Shown in pieces: positions 20,470 through 30,276 of a stretch of 64,000 nucleotides of DNA. The stretch's first letter is position 1. Each line of letters opens with the position of its first letter. Origin of the DNA: Candidatus Brocadiia bacterium (GTDB taxonomy: Bacteria > Planctomycetota > PUPC01 > DSUN01); the NCBI GenBank assembly GCA_046538415.1, contig JBKHIY010000002.1, forward strand, positions 1,411 to 65,410, read 5' to 3'. Both the position numbers and the translations under genes were made by a program. The notes beneath the pieces were generated by a model. That model searched no databases, was not told the DNA's origin, and saw nothing but the letters and a program-made list of their open reading frames with translations.

Positions 20470-20498
20470 AGGATAGCGAGGAACGCAAGGAGGGTCAA
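20470..20498 (-). promoter_or_regulatory. Divergent sigma70-type promoter candidate, TTGACC-17-TATCCT
   Basis: Minus-strand -35 at 20493-20498 and -10 at 20470-20475, about 50 nt upstream of ATG 20420. Confidence 0.35.
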
Positions 20499-20530
20499 GC
20501 CCCAGCGGCCGTCCCCATAGGAACTGACCC

Positions 20531-21895
20531 ATGTACCCGTGCGAACGCAAGATGCAGCGGCGGCGCTTCCTGGGCGTGCTCGGGGCCGGAGCCGCCGCCA
20601 TCTCCGCGCCGCGCCCAGCCAGGGCGGCGCCGCGAGCGGCGAAGCCCAACCTCCTCCTTCTCCTCTCCGACGACCATGGCGTCGAGCACGCCGGCTGCTA
20701 CGGAAGCACCTGGGTGCGCACGCCGAACCTGGACCGCTTGGCGGCCCAGGGCGTTCGGTTCACCCGGGCCTTCACCGCCACGGCCATGTGCACGCCCAGC
20801 CGCTCGGCCCTCTACACCGGCCTGTTTCCGCACCGCAACGGCGCCCACCCCAACCACAGCAAGGTCCGGCCGGGCACGAAGAGCCTCCCCCACTATCTGC
20901 GGCCCTTGGGCTACCGCGTGGCCCTCGCGGGCAAGCGGCACATCGGGCCGCGGGAGGCCTTCCCGTTCGAGTACCTGAGTCGTGGCCAGGTCGGACGGTT
21001 CCTCGCGGAGGTGCGCTCGGAGCCCTTCTGCCTGATCGTGGCCACCCACGACCCTCACACGCCGTGGAAGAAGAAGGGGCCGTACTCGCCCGACCGCGTG
21101 GTGGTGCCGCCCTATCTCGTGGACACCCCCGAGACTCGGGAGGCCCTGGCCCGCTACGCCAATTCGGTCGCCGCTCTCGACCAGCAGGTGGGCGAGCTGA
21201 TGGAGCAGCTCGAGCGACGGGGACTGGCGGGGAATACGCTCTTCCTCTACGCCGGCGACCACGGCTCCGGCTTGCCCTTCACCAAGTGGACGCTCTACGA
21301 CGCGGGCATCCGCGTGCCCTTCATCGTCCGCTGGCCGGGCCGGGTGGAGGCGGGGACGGTGTGCGAGGCGATGGTGAGCTTCGTGGACGTCGTGCCCACG
21401 TTCGTGGAAGCGGCCGGCGGCGCGGCGCCGGAAGGGCTCGACGGCCGCTCCTTCCTCCCCGTGCTCGAGGGGAAAAGGAGCTCTCACCGCGACCTCATCT
21501 ACGCCACCCATACCACCGAGGGCATCATCTCGGGGTCCGTGTACCCGGTCCGTGCCGTGCGCACGGAGAGGCACAAGTATATCGTGAACCTCAATCCCGA
21601 CGGGGAGTTCCGCAACATCGTGACCGAAGGCAGGAAGGGCGGAAGGCCCCCCGCCTACTGGCTCTCCTGGCAGGAGAAGGCCAGGACCGACCCCCGCGCC
21701 GCCCGACGCGTCCGCCTCTACCAGCACCGGCCGCGCGAGGAGCTCTACGACCTGAAGGACGATCCCTACGAGCTGCACAACCTGGCCGACCGGCCCGCCC
21801 TGCGACCCCTGATGGACGGGCTTCGCCGCAAGCTCGCCGACTGGATGAAGCAGCAGGGCGATCCCCTGCTCGATAAGCTGGAAGGAAGCCCATGA
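20531..21895 (+). CDS. Sulfatase (formylglycine-type), Tat-signal
   Basis: 'RRRFLGVLGAGAAAISAPRPARA' then 'LLLLSDDHG'. FGly motif 'MCTPSRSALYTG'. Confidence 0.88.
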   Translation: MYPCERKMQRRRFLGVLGAGAAAISAPRPARAAPRAAKPNLLLLLSDDHGVEHAGCYGSTWVRTPNLDRLAAQGVRFTRAFTATAMCTPSRSALYTGLFPHRNGAHPNHSKVRPGTKSLPHYLRPLGYRVALAGKRHIGPREAFPFEYLSRGQVGRFLAEVRSEPFCLIVATHDPHTPWKKKGPYSPDRVVVPPYLVDTPETREALARYANSVAALDQQVGELMEQLERRGLAGNTLFLYAGDHGSGLPFTKWTLYDAGIRVPFIVRWPGRVEAGTVCEAMVSFVDVVPTFVEAAGGAAPEGLDGRSFLPVLEGKRSSHRDLIYATHTTEGIISGSVYPVRAVRTERHKYIVNLNPDGEFRNIVTEGRKGGRPPAYWLSWQEKARTDPRAARRVRLYQHRPREELYDLKDDPYELHNLADRPALRPLMDGLRRKLADWMKQQGDPLLDKLEGSP

Positions 21896-23508
21896 GAATC
21901 CACGCGGCCTTGGCCTTTTGCTCTCTGGCCGTTGCCTTCGCTTCGGCCCCTTCGCGGGCCGATGCCGGGGGGCGCCGGCGCCATTCGCAGTATAAGCGCA
22001 TCCAGATGCCCGGGATGCGCCTGCTGGACAGGGGGAAGAATGCAGAGGCGGTCGCGTTCTTCCAGGAATACGTGGCCGACCTGCCCGATGACCCGGAGGG
22101 CTACTTCGGCCTGGCCGCGGCCCTGAGCCGGCTGGGCAAGCTCGAGGGGCCGATGGCCGCCGTCAGGAAGGCGGTCGAGGCCGGCCTGCCCGCCGAGCGC
22201 TTCGTGGCCGGGCCGCGGCACCTCTTCGAGGCCCTGGTGGCCACCGAGGCGTTCCAGGCCTTCTACGAGGAACACGGCTCGCCCCTGGTGCACGGGCCGA
22301 TGCTGGGATGCGTCTCCGACACCGCCGCCCGCTTCTGGGTGCGCACCGCCCGACCTTCGGAGGTCCAGGTGGTGGTGAGCGCCGAGTCGCCGGCCAAGGA
22401 GCCCATCCGCTCGCCCGCCGTGCGGACCAAGGAGGCGACGGACTTCACCGCCGTGGCGGCGGTGAAGGGCCTGAAGCCCGACACGCGCTACACCTACCAG
22501 GTGCTGGTGGACGGGAAGCCGGGCCTCGGGGCGGAGCTGCCTGTGTTCCGCACCTTCCCCCCGGCGGGCGGCCCTGGGAAGTTCGCCGTGGCCTTCGGCG
22601 GCGGGGCGGGCTACGTGCCGCCCCACGAGCGGATGTGGGACACCATCCGGGAGCGCGACCCCCGGGCCCTGCTGCTCCTGGGCGACAACGTTTACATTGA
22701 CCATCCGAAGAGCGAGCTGATCCAGCGCTACTGCTACTACCGGCGCCAGTCGCGCCCCGAGTTCCGCCGCCTCACCGCCGCCGCCGCCGTCTACGCCATC
22801 TACGACGATCACGACTTCGGGACCAACGACTGCGTGCCCGGCCCCGAGGCGGACGAGCCGGCGTGGAAGCTCGAGGTGTGGCGCGTGTTCCGCCAGAATT
22901 GGAATAACCCGGGCTACGGCGGCGGCATCGAGATGCTGCCCGGCTGCTGGTTCGACTTCGCCGTCGCCGACGTGCACTTCATCCTGCTCGATGGCCGCTA
23001 CTACCGCTCCAACCCCCGCAAGCCCAAGGCCAGCATGCTCGGCCCCTCGCAGAAGCAGTGGCTGCTCGAGCGCCTGGCCGGCTCGAAGGCTACCTTCAAG
23101 GTCCTGTGCTCGCCCGTGCCCTGGGCCTCGGGCACCAAGCCCGGCAGCCTCGATACCTGGGACGGCTTCCCCGAGGAGCGGGAGGAAATCCTGGCGTTCA
23201 TCGAGAGGCACCGCATCGGGGGGGTGTTCCTGCTCTCGGCCGACCGCCATCGCTCGGACGTGTGGAAGCTGGAGCGGGAGGTGGGCTACCCCCTGTACGA
23301 GTTCGAGAGCTCCCGACTGACCAACCAGCACCGCCACGGGAGCATCCCCAAGGCCCTTTTCTCCTTCAACGCCAGGCAGTCGTTCGGCCTCCTGGAGTTC
23401 GATACCACGAAGGCCGACCCGACGGTGACCTATCGGATCCTCGACATCGACGGGGAGGAGGTCCACGCGTTCACGCTGGCCAGGAGCCAGCTCACGCCCC
23501 GCCCGTAG
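21892..23508 (+). CDS. PhoD-like phosphatase with N-terminal TPR-like segment
   Basis: ATGA overlap with the upstream stop. Signal peptide present. Motifs 'LLLLGDNVYID', 'IYDDHDFGTND', 'WDGFPEEREE', 'LLSADRHRSDV'. Confidence 0.82.
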   Translation: MRIHAALAFCSLAVAFASAPSRADAGGRRRHSQYKRIQMPGMRLLDRGKNAEAVAFFQEYVADLPDDPEGYFGLAAALSRLGKLEGPMAAVRKAVEAGLPAERFVAGPRHLFEALVATEAFQAFYEEHGSPLVHGPMLGCVSDTAARFWVRTARPSEVQVVVSAESPAKEPIRSPAVRTKEATDFTAVAAVKGLKPDTRYTYQVLVDGKPGLGAELPVFRTFPPAGGPGKFAVAFGGGAGYVPPHERMWDTIRERDPRALLLLGDNVYIDHPKSELIQRYCYYRRQSRPEFRRLTAAAAVYAIYDDHDFGTNDCVPGPEADEPAWKLEVWRVFRQNWNNPGYGGGIEMLPGCWFDFAVADVHFILLDGRYYRSNPRKPKASMLGPSQKQWLLERLAGSKATFKVLCSPVPWASGTKPGSLDTWDGFPEEREEILAFIERHRIGGVFLLSADRHRSDVWKLEREVGYPLYEFESSRLTNQHRHGSIPKALFSFNARQSFGLLEFDTTKADPTVTYRILDIDGEEVHAFTLARSQLTPRP

Positions 23509-23527
23509 CGTTTGCAGGAGCCAGCCC

Positions 23528-24484
23528 GTGCGCCCCGCAGCTCTCTTGTGCGCGTCACTGTGTCTGCTCGTGTCCTGCGGCCTGGGGGGCGAAGTCGCCC
23601 TCGAGCACGACCGCGGGGAGCGTCGCCTGGCGGTGCAGGTCGAGGGGCGGACGGCCATCGTCTACTGCTACTCGCCGGACCACTTCCTGCCCTACTTCTG
23701 GCCGGTGAAGAGCCCCTCGGGCAAGGACCTCACGGTGCGGCTCACCAAGCCCTATCCCCACCACCGCTCCTTCTGGTTCACGGACAAGGTGCAGCTCGAG
23801 GGCCAGCGGGTGACGGACTTCTACAACGCCTACTACCGTTACAAGGAGGGCAAGGGCGAGCACATCCGCCACCAGGAGTTCGCCCAGATGCGCACCGCCG
23901 GCGACCGCGCCTTCCTCACCATGGAACTCCAGTGGCTGCTGGACCTCCAGACGCCGGTGCTCGATGAGCGCCGCGAGGTGGCCTTTCGTGCCCTGGGCGA
24001 CGGGGAGTACCTCCTCGACATCCGCTTCACGGTCGCCGCCTCGCACGGCGACGTGCATTGGCGAAGCGACGCCGTCCACTACGCCTGGCCCTACGTGCGC
24101 ATGCACCCCGAGTTCTCGGTCAAGCAGGGCGGCACGCTGGTGAATTCCGAAGGGGGGAAGAACCAGAAGGGCACGCACAACAAGGTGGCCGACTGGTGCG
24201 ACTACTCCAACACCGTGGACGGGACCACCGAGGGCCTGGCCCTCTTCTCGCATCCCGAGAACGACCGCCCGCACCGCTGGCTCACCCGCGACTACGGCTG
24301 CTTCGGGCCGCGACGCATCGACGCCCGCAGCGGCAAGCCCTTCACCCTGGAGCGAGGCCAGTCCCTCGCCCGGCGGGTCGGCGTGCTGGTCCACAAGGGA
24401 GACGTTGCGGGAGGACGAGTCGCCGAGCGCTATCGCGCCTACGCCGAAGGAGACCTGGCCCTGCTGCCCCCAAAGGGCAAGTAG
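23528..24484 (+). CDS. PmoA-like / DUF6807 family lipoprotein
   Basis: GTG start after CAGGAG. Lipobox 'CLLVSCG'. Motifs 'YFWPVKSPSG', 'HHRSFWF', 'WCDYS'. Confidence 0.6.
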   Translation: MRPAALLCASLCLLVSCGLGGEVALEHDRGERRLAVQVEGRTAIVYCYSPDHFLPYFWPVKSPSGKDLTVRLTKPYPHHRSFWFTDKVQLEGQRVTDFYNAYYRYKEGKGEHIRHQEFAQMRTAGDRAFLTMELQWLLDLQTPVLDERREVAFRALGDGEYLLDIRFTVAASHGDVHWRSDAVHYAWPYVRMHPEFSVKQGGTLVNSEGGKNQKGTHNKVADWCDYSNTVDGTTEGLALFSHPENDRPHRWLTRDYGCFGPRRIDARSGKPFTLERGQSLARRVGVLVHKGDVAGGRVAERYRAYAEGDLALLPPKGK

Positions 24485-24505
24485 CCCGACTTGGAGGACC
24501 TGCCG

Positions 24506-25915
24506 ATGGACCACAGGATGAACCGCAGAGCGTTCCTGGGCCTGATGGGAGCCGCGGCCGCACTGCCCCGCACGCTGCTGGGCCAGCGTGGCCAGGAGCG
24601 GCCGCCCAACTTCGTAGTCATCTTCACCGACGACCAGGGCTACCAGGACCTGGGCTGCTTCGGCTCGCCGGACATCGCCACCCCCCGCATCGACGAGATG
24701 TGCGCCCAGGGGATGAAGTTCGCCGACTTCTACGCCTCCGCCCCCGTGTGCACTCCCTCGCGGGCCTCGCTGCTGACCGGCTGCTACGCCCAGCGGGTGA
24801 GCCTGCCCGGCGTGCTCTTCCCCCGCTCGAACGTGGGGCTCAACCCCTCCGAGGTTACCATCGCCGAGGTGCTCAAGGCCCGCGGCTACGCGACCGCCTG
24901 CATCGGCAAGTGGCACCTGGGCCACCACAAGAAGTTCCTGCCCACCCGCCACGGCTTCGACCGCTACCTGGGCATCCCCTACAGCAACGACATGTGGCTC
25001 GCCGCGGGGATGGACTTCGCGGAGGACGCGAAGCTCCCAGAGGGCGCCAGCGTTGAGAAGCTCAAGGACGGCGAGAAGAAGCGCAACCAGGTGCCCCTGG
25101 TGCGCGACGAAGAGGTGATCGAATACCCCGTCGACCAGTCCACCCTCACCCAGCGCTACACCCAAGAGGCCATCGACTTCATCTCCGCCAACCGCGACCG
25201 ACCGTTCTTTCTCTACCTGCCTCATACCATGCCTCACGTGCCGCTCTACTGCTCGGAGGACTTTCGGGGCAAGAGCAAACGGGGGCTCTACGGCGACGTG
25301 ATCCAGGAGATCGACTGGAGCACGGGCCAGATCCTCGATGCCCTCAAGAAGCTGGGGCTCGACGAGCACACGTGCGTCATCTACACCTCCGACAACGGCC
25401 CCTGGCTAGGCAAGGGCAAGAACGGGGGCAGCGCCAAGCCCCTCCGGGCCGGCAAGTTCAGCACCTACGAGGGCGGCATGCGGGAGCCCTGCGTGATGCG
25501 CTGGCCGGGGCGTATCCCCGCGGGCCAGACCTGTCGCGAAGTGGCCACCACCCTCGACCTGCTGCCCACCCTGGCCAAGCTGGCGGGCGCCCGGGTGCCC
25601 GACGACCGGACCATCGATGGCAAGGACATCTGGCCCCTGATGGCCGGCGCCCCGGGGGCCAAGAGTCCTCACCAGGCCTTCTGCTACTTCCGCGGCAACC
25701 GCCTCGCAGCGGTCCGAGCCGGCAAGTGGAAGCTCCACCTGGCGCGCGGAAAGGGCAAGCAGGCCAAGGTCGAGCTCTACGACCTCGAAGAGGACATCGG
25801 CGAGAGCAACAACGTCGCCGACCAGCATCCCCAGGTCGTCCAGCGGCTCCAGGGCCTGGCCCAAGAGCGCGAGAAGGACGTGCGCGAGAACCGCCGGCCC
25901 CCCGGAAAAGCCTGA
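24506..25915 (+). CDS. Sulfatase, arylsulfatase-A-like, Tat-signal
   Basis: ATG 24506 follows GGAGGA. '[14 protein letters not shown]', FGly motif '[12 protein letters not shown]', 'GKWHLGH', 'GIPYSNDM'. Confidence 0.88.
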   Translation: [469 protein letters not shown]

Positions 25916-26010
25916 GGCACTCGAGGCCCGCTACCAGTCGCAGATGGCCCGCGTGGGCCCGTTAGAGGGCAAGCCATCCCCGGAGCGCGGGAGCGAGAGG
26001 GAGACGCCAG

Positions 26011-27456
26011 TTGAGCCGCCCGCAACGGCCAGACTCCAGGAGGGTGAACCGACGCCGGTTCATGGCCGGCGCCGCCACCGCGGGCCTCACCGCGGCCCAC
26101 CTGGCGGGCCGCCGCCACGCCACAGGAGCTCCCATGGGCAAACGCAACATCCTCCTCGTGGTCGTCGACGACCAGGGCTACCAGGCCGGCTGCTACGGCG
26201 ACCGGGTGGCCAGGACGCCGAACCTGGATGCCCTGGCGGCCGAGGGCACGCGGTTCACCCACGCCTTCTGCACTTCGGCGAGCTGCTCGGCCAGCCGCTC
26301 GGTGATCCTCACCGGGCTCCAGAACCACGCCAACGGCCAGTACGGGCACCAGCACAGCTTCCACAACTTCCACACCTTCGAGTGGGTGCGGAGCCTGCCC
26401 GTGCTGCTTCGCCAGGCGGGCTACCGCACGTGCTCCATCGGCAAGTACCACGTCCAGCCCCGCGAGGTCTACGACTTCGAGTTCTACTTCAACAAGGGCA
26501 TTCCCGGCGGGTCCCGCAACCCGGTGGGCATGGCGGAGAATGCCCGGGCGTTCCTGCGGGCGGACGACGACCGCCCCTTCTTCCTCTACTTCTGCACCAG
26601 CGACCCGCATCGCGCGGGCAAGGGCTTCGCCGCCGAACGCGACTTCCCCGGCGTGCGGCGGGTGAGCTTCGAGCCCCGGGACGTGCCCGTTCCCCCGTGG
26701 CTGCCCGACTTGCCCGAGACCCGGTCCGAGCTGGCTGCCTACTACAGCGCCATCGCCCGGCTCGACCAGGGGCTGGGCCGGCTCATGGACGTGCTTCGGG
26801 AGACCGGCCACTGGGACGACACCCTGGTCCTGTACCTCAGCGACAACGGGCCGCCATGGCCGGGAGCGAAGACCACTCTCTACGAGCCGGGCATCCGCCT
26901 GCCCCTGGTGGTCCGCTCGCCCCACCAGAAGAGGCGGGGCCTGGCCTGCGACGCCATGGTCACCTGGGCCGACCTGGCTCCCACCCTCCTGGAGTGGGCG
27001 GGAGCCAAGGGCCCCGATTACCCCCTCCACGGCCGCTCCTTCCTGCCCGTGCTCGAGGAGGAGCACCCCGGGGGCTGGGACGAGGTGTACGCTTCGCACA
27101 CCTTCCACGAGATCACCATGTACTATCCCATGCGGGCGGTGCGCACGCGGAGGCACAAGTACATCCTCAACCTCGCCCACCAACTGCCCTACCCCTTCGC
27201 CTCCGACCTCTACGCCTCGGCCACCTGGCAGGCGGTGCTGCGGCGCGACGCCGAGATGTTCGGCCAGCGCAGCGTGGAGAGCTATCTCCACCGCCCGCGC
27301 CACGAGGCCTACGACCTGGAGGCCGACCCCCACGAATCCGAGAACCTCGCCGGCCAGCCGCGGCACGCCGAGACCCTGGCCGGCCTCCAGGAGAAGCTCC
27401 GAGCCTGGCAGGAGAAGACCAAGGACCCGTGGGTGGTCAAGTACCGCTACGAGTAG
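26011..27456 (+). CDS. N-sulfoglucosamine sulfohydrolase (sulfamidase/SGSH)-like sulfatase
   Basis: TTG start after GAGGGAGA with Tat-like '[13 protein letters not shown]'. FGly motif '[12 protein letters not shown]'. Blocks match human SGSH as I recall it: '[12 protein letters not shown]', 'DPHESENLA', 'KTKDPWV'. Confidence 0.8.
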   Translation: MSRPQRPDSRRVNRRRFMAGAATAGLTAAHLAGRRHATGAPMGKRNILLVVVDDQGYQAGCYGDRVARTPNLDALAAEGTRFTHAFCTSASCSASRSVILTGLQNHANGQYGHQHSFHNFHTFEWVRSLPVLLRQAGYRTCSIGKYHVQPREVYDFEFYFNKGIPGGSRNPVGMAENARAFLRADDDRPFFLYFCTSDPHRAGKGFAAERDFPGVRRVSFEPRDVPVPPWLPDLPETRSELAAYYSAIARLDQGLGRLMDVLRETGHWDDTLVLYLSDNGPPWPGAKTTLYEPGIRLPLVVRSPHQKRRGLACDAMVTWADLAPTLLEWAGAKGPDYPLHGRSFLPVLEEEHPGGWDEVYASHTFHEITMYYPMRAVRTRRHKYILNLAHQLPYPFASDLYASATWQAVLRRDAEMFGQRSVESYLHRPRHEAYDLEADPHESENLAGQPRHAETLAGLQEKLRAWQEKTKDPWVVKYRYE

Positions 27457-27502
27457 GGCTGCGGGGCAGGGGAGTATTGGGGAGAAGCACGAAGGAGATG
27501 CC

Positions 27503-28870
27503 ATGGACCGCCGCTCTTTCCTCGCCCACGCGGGCAAGGGGGCGCTGGGCCTCGCCGGCGCCGCCCTCCTGGGACCCCCCCGGCGCGGCCACGCCGCGGA
27601 GGGCGAGGCGCCGCCGAACTTCGTGATCATCTTCGCCGACGACCTGGGCTACGGCGACCTGGGGTGCACCGGCCATCCGACCATCCGCACGCCCCGCCTC
27701 GACCGGATGGCGACGGAGGGCATGAAGCTCACCCAGTTCTACGTCGCGGCGCCGGTGTGCACGCCCAGCCGCGCGGCGCTGCTCACCGGCCGTCTCCCGG
27801 TGCGTAGCGGGATGTGCAGCGACCGCCGGCGGGTGTTGTTCCCCAATTCCGGCGGCGGCCTGCCCCACAGCGAAGTGACCGTGGCCGAGGCGCTCCAGGC
27901 CCGGGGCTACGCCACCGCGTGCGTGGGCAAGTGGCACCTCGGCCACCTGCCGCAGTTCCTCCCCATGCGCCACGGTTTCGACCGGTATTTCGGCATTCCT
28001 TACAGCAACGACATGCGGCCCACGCCGCTGCTGGACGGGCAGAAGATAGTCGAGGAGCCGGCCGACCAGTCGACCCTCACGCGGCGCTACACGCGGCGTG
28101 CCGTGGAGTTCATCGAGGCCAACGCCCAGAGGCCCTTCTTCCTTTACTTCCCCCACACGTTCCCCCACGTCCCCCTGTTCGCGTCGGAGGACTTTCGCGG
28201 GAAGAGCCCCCGCGGGCTGTACGGCGACGTGGTGGAGGAGCTGGACCACAGCGTGGGGCAGGTCCTGGATACCCTCCGCGAGCACGGTCTCGAGAAGCGT
28301 ACCCTGGTGCTGTTCACCAGCGACAATGGGCCGTGGCTGCCCAGGAAGCTGCGCGGGGGCTCCGCGGGGCTCCTCCGCGGGGGCAAGGGCAGCACATGGG
28401 AGGGCGGCATGCGCGAGCCGTGCATCGCCTGGTGGCCGGGCACCGTGCCCGCGGGCGCCACGAGCACGGGGCTGGCCTCCACCCTGGACATCCTGCCCAC
28501 CTGCCTGGCCCTGGCGGGCGTCGAGCCGCCCGGCGACCGCGTGCTCGACGGGGTGGACATGACGCCCATCCTCACGGGCAAGGGCGAGAGCCGACGCGAG
28601 GCCATGTTCTTCTATCGCGGCACCCGGCTCTACGCGGTGCGCAAGGGGCCGTGGAAGGCCCACTTCATCACGCAGGCGGGCTACGGCGACAGGCCGCACC
28701 CCCAGGACCCGCCGCTGCTCTTCCACCTCGAGCGCGACCCCTCGGAGCGCTTCGACGTGGCGAAGCAGAATCCCCGGGTCCTCGACGAGATCGGCGAGCT
28801 GGTGGCCAAGCACCAGGCGGGTCTCGAGCGTCCTCCCTCTCAGCTCGAGATCCCGTTGGGGAAGGGATGA
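27503..28870 (+). CDS. Sulfatase, arylsulfatase-A-like
   Basis: GAAGGAGA RBS. '[16 protein letters not shown]', FGly motif '[20 protein letters not shown]', 'GKWHLGH', 'GIPYSNDM', '[13 protein letters not shown]'. Confidence 0.9.
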   Translation: [455 protein letters not shown]

Positions 28871-30276
28871 CGGGGGGCCTCGGTATGGACCGACGCCAGT
28901 TCCTCGGCTGGGCCGCCGCGGCGGCGTCCGCGCCCTGGGCGCGGCCGGGGCGCGGCGCGCCGCAGGAGGGTCGGATGCCCAATTTCGTGTTCATCCTCAC
29001 CGACGACCAGCGCTACGACGCCCTGGGCTGCGCCAACCCCCTGGTGGTCACGCCCCACATGGACGCGCTGGCCGAGCGGGGCGTGCGCTTCGACCGCGCG
29101 TTCGTCACCACCTCGATCTGTAGTCCCAGCCGGGCCTGCTGCCTCACCGGCCGCTACGGCCGGGCCAACGGCGTGACCGGCCTGGGGATGGGCCTGGACG
29201 CGGACGAGGTGACCTTCGCCCAGCGGCTTCGGCGAGCGGGCTACCGCACGGGCTACGTGGGCAAGTGGCACCTGAAGCGGCCCGACCCCGCGGGCGCGGG
29301 CTTCGACTCCTGCGTGTGGTTCCGCTCCAACGGCCCCCACCACGGCCGCACGGTGGTGGAAGGCGGCGAGCGGAAGGTGGCCGAGGGCTACATCGAGGAC
29401 TACCTGGCGGCCCGCTCCGTGGCCTTCCTCGAGGAGGCGGCGGCGCGCGACCGCCCCTTCCTCCTCCACATCGGCACCCAGGTGCCGCACATGGACCACC
29501 GCTTCCGCTGGCCGGCCAGCGAGCGTTCCCTGGCCCTCTACGAGCCCGAGGCCATGCCCGTGTCCGCGAACTGGCGGGACGACCTGGAGGGCAAGCCCCC
29601 TTACCTCGAGACCGCCCGAAGCCGCACCCGGGCCCTCCACTACGGCTACGCCCGCAAGGAGGCCATCCAGCGCCACTTCCGCCACTACTTCGCGGCCGTC
29701 ACCGATATGGACCGTGCCCTGGGCACGGTGCTGGCGGCCCTCGACCGCCTGGGCCTTCGCAACGACACGTGGATTCTGCTCATGGGCGACAACGGCTGGA
29801 TGATGGGCGAGCACACCTTCACCAGCAAGGTCCTGGCCTACGAGGCGTCGATCCGCGTGCCCTTCCTCGTCGCCGGCCCGGGCCTGAGCGCCGAGGTGTG
29901 CCAGGAGCTGGTGCTCAACGCCGACGTGGCCCCCACCATCCTCGACCTCGCCGGCCTGCCGGTCCCCGGCAACGTCCACGGCCGCAGCCTCGTCCCTCTC
30001 CTGCGCGGCCAGCCGGTCGACTGGCGGCAGAGCTTCCTCTACGAGGCCCTGGAGCCCGAGCTGGGAGCCCGGCCCGTGCTCGCCGTGCGCACTGGCCGCT
30101 GGAAGTACATCCAGACCCTCGACCCCCGGGAGCGGGCCAGGGTGGACTTCGAGGAGCTCTACGACCTGGAGACCGACCCCGGCGAACTCCACAACCTCGC
30201 GCACCACGAAGCGCACCAGGAGACCCTCGCGGCCATGCGAGCCGAACTCGAGAGGCTGAAAGGACGCATCCGATGA
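28867..30276 (+). CDS. Sulfatase, TDDQ-type (GlcNAc-6-sulfatase-like)
   Basis: ATGA overlap with the upstream stop. Tat-like 'DRRQFLGWAAAAASAP', 'FVFILTDDQRYD', FGly motif 'ICSPSRACCLTG'. The track ORF start at 27814 is an alternative-frame over-extension. Confidence 0.85.
   Translation: MTGGLGMDRRQFLGWAAAAASAPWARPGRGAPQEGRMPNFVFILTDDQRYDALGCANPLVVTPHMDALAERGVRFDRAFVTTSICSPSRACCLTGRYGRANGVTGLGMGLDADEVTFAQRLRRAGYRTGYVGKWHLKRPDPAGAGFDSCVWFRSNGPHHGRTVVEGGERKVAEGYIEDYLAARSVAFLEEAAARDRPFLLHIGTQVPHMDHRFRWPASERSLALYEPEAMPVSANWRDDLEGKPPYLETARSRTRALHYGYARKEAIQRHFRHYFAAVTDMDRALGTVLAALDRLGLRNDTWILLMGDNGWMMGEHTFTSKVLAYEASIRVPFLVAGPGLSAEVCQELVLNADVAPTILDLAGLPVPGNVHGRSLVPLLRGQPVDWRQSFLYEALEPELGARPVLAVRTGRWKYIQTLDPRERARVDFEELYDLETDPGELHNLAHHEAHQETLAAMRAELERLKGRIR

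Noticed and set aside
27814-30276. N-terminal over-extensions of track ORFs: 27814, 29265, 42207, 42854, 46889, 4015, 2236, 8696, 10138, 51799, 20498, 33814, 41275, 58584, 37169, 24491, 56857, 5762
   Set aside because: The extended parts overlap the preceding gene in another frame. Internal starts with Shine-Dalgarno sequences, signal peptides or ATGA/GTGA coupling give products that begin where family homology begins.
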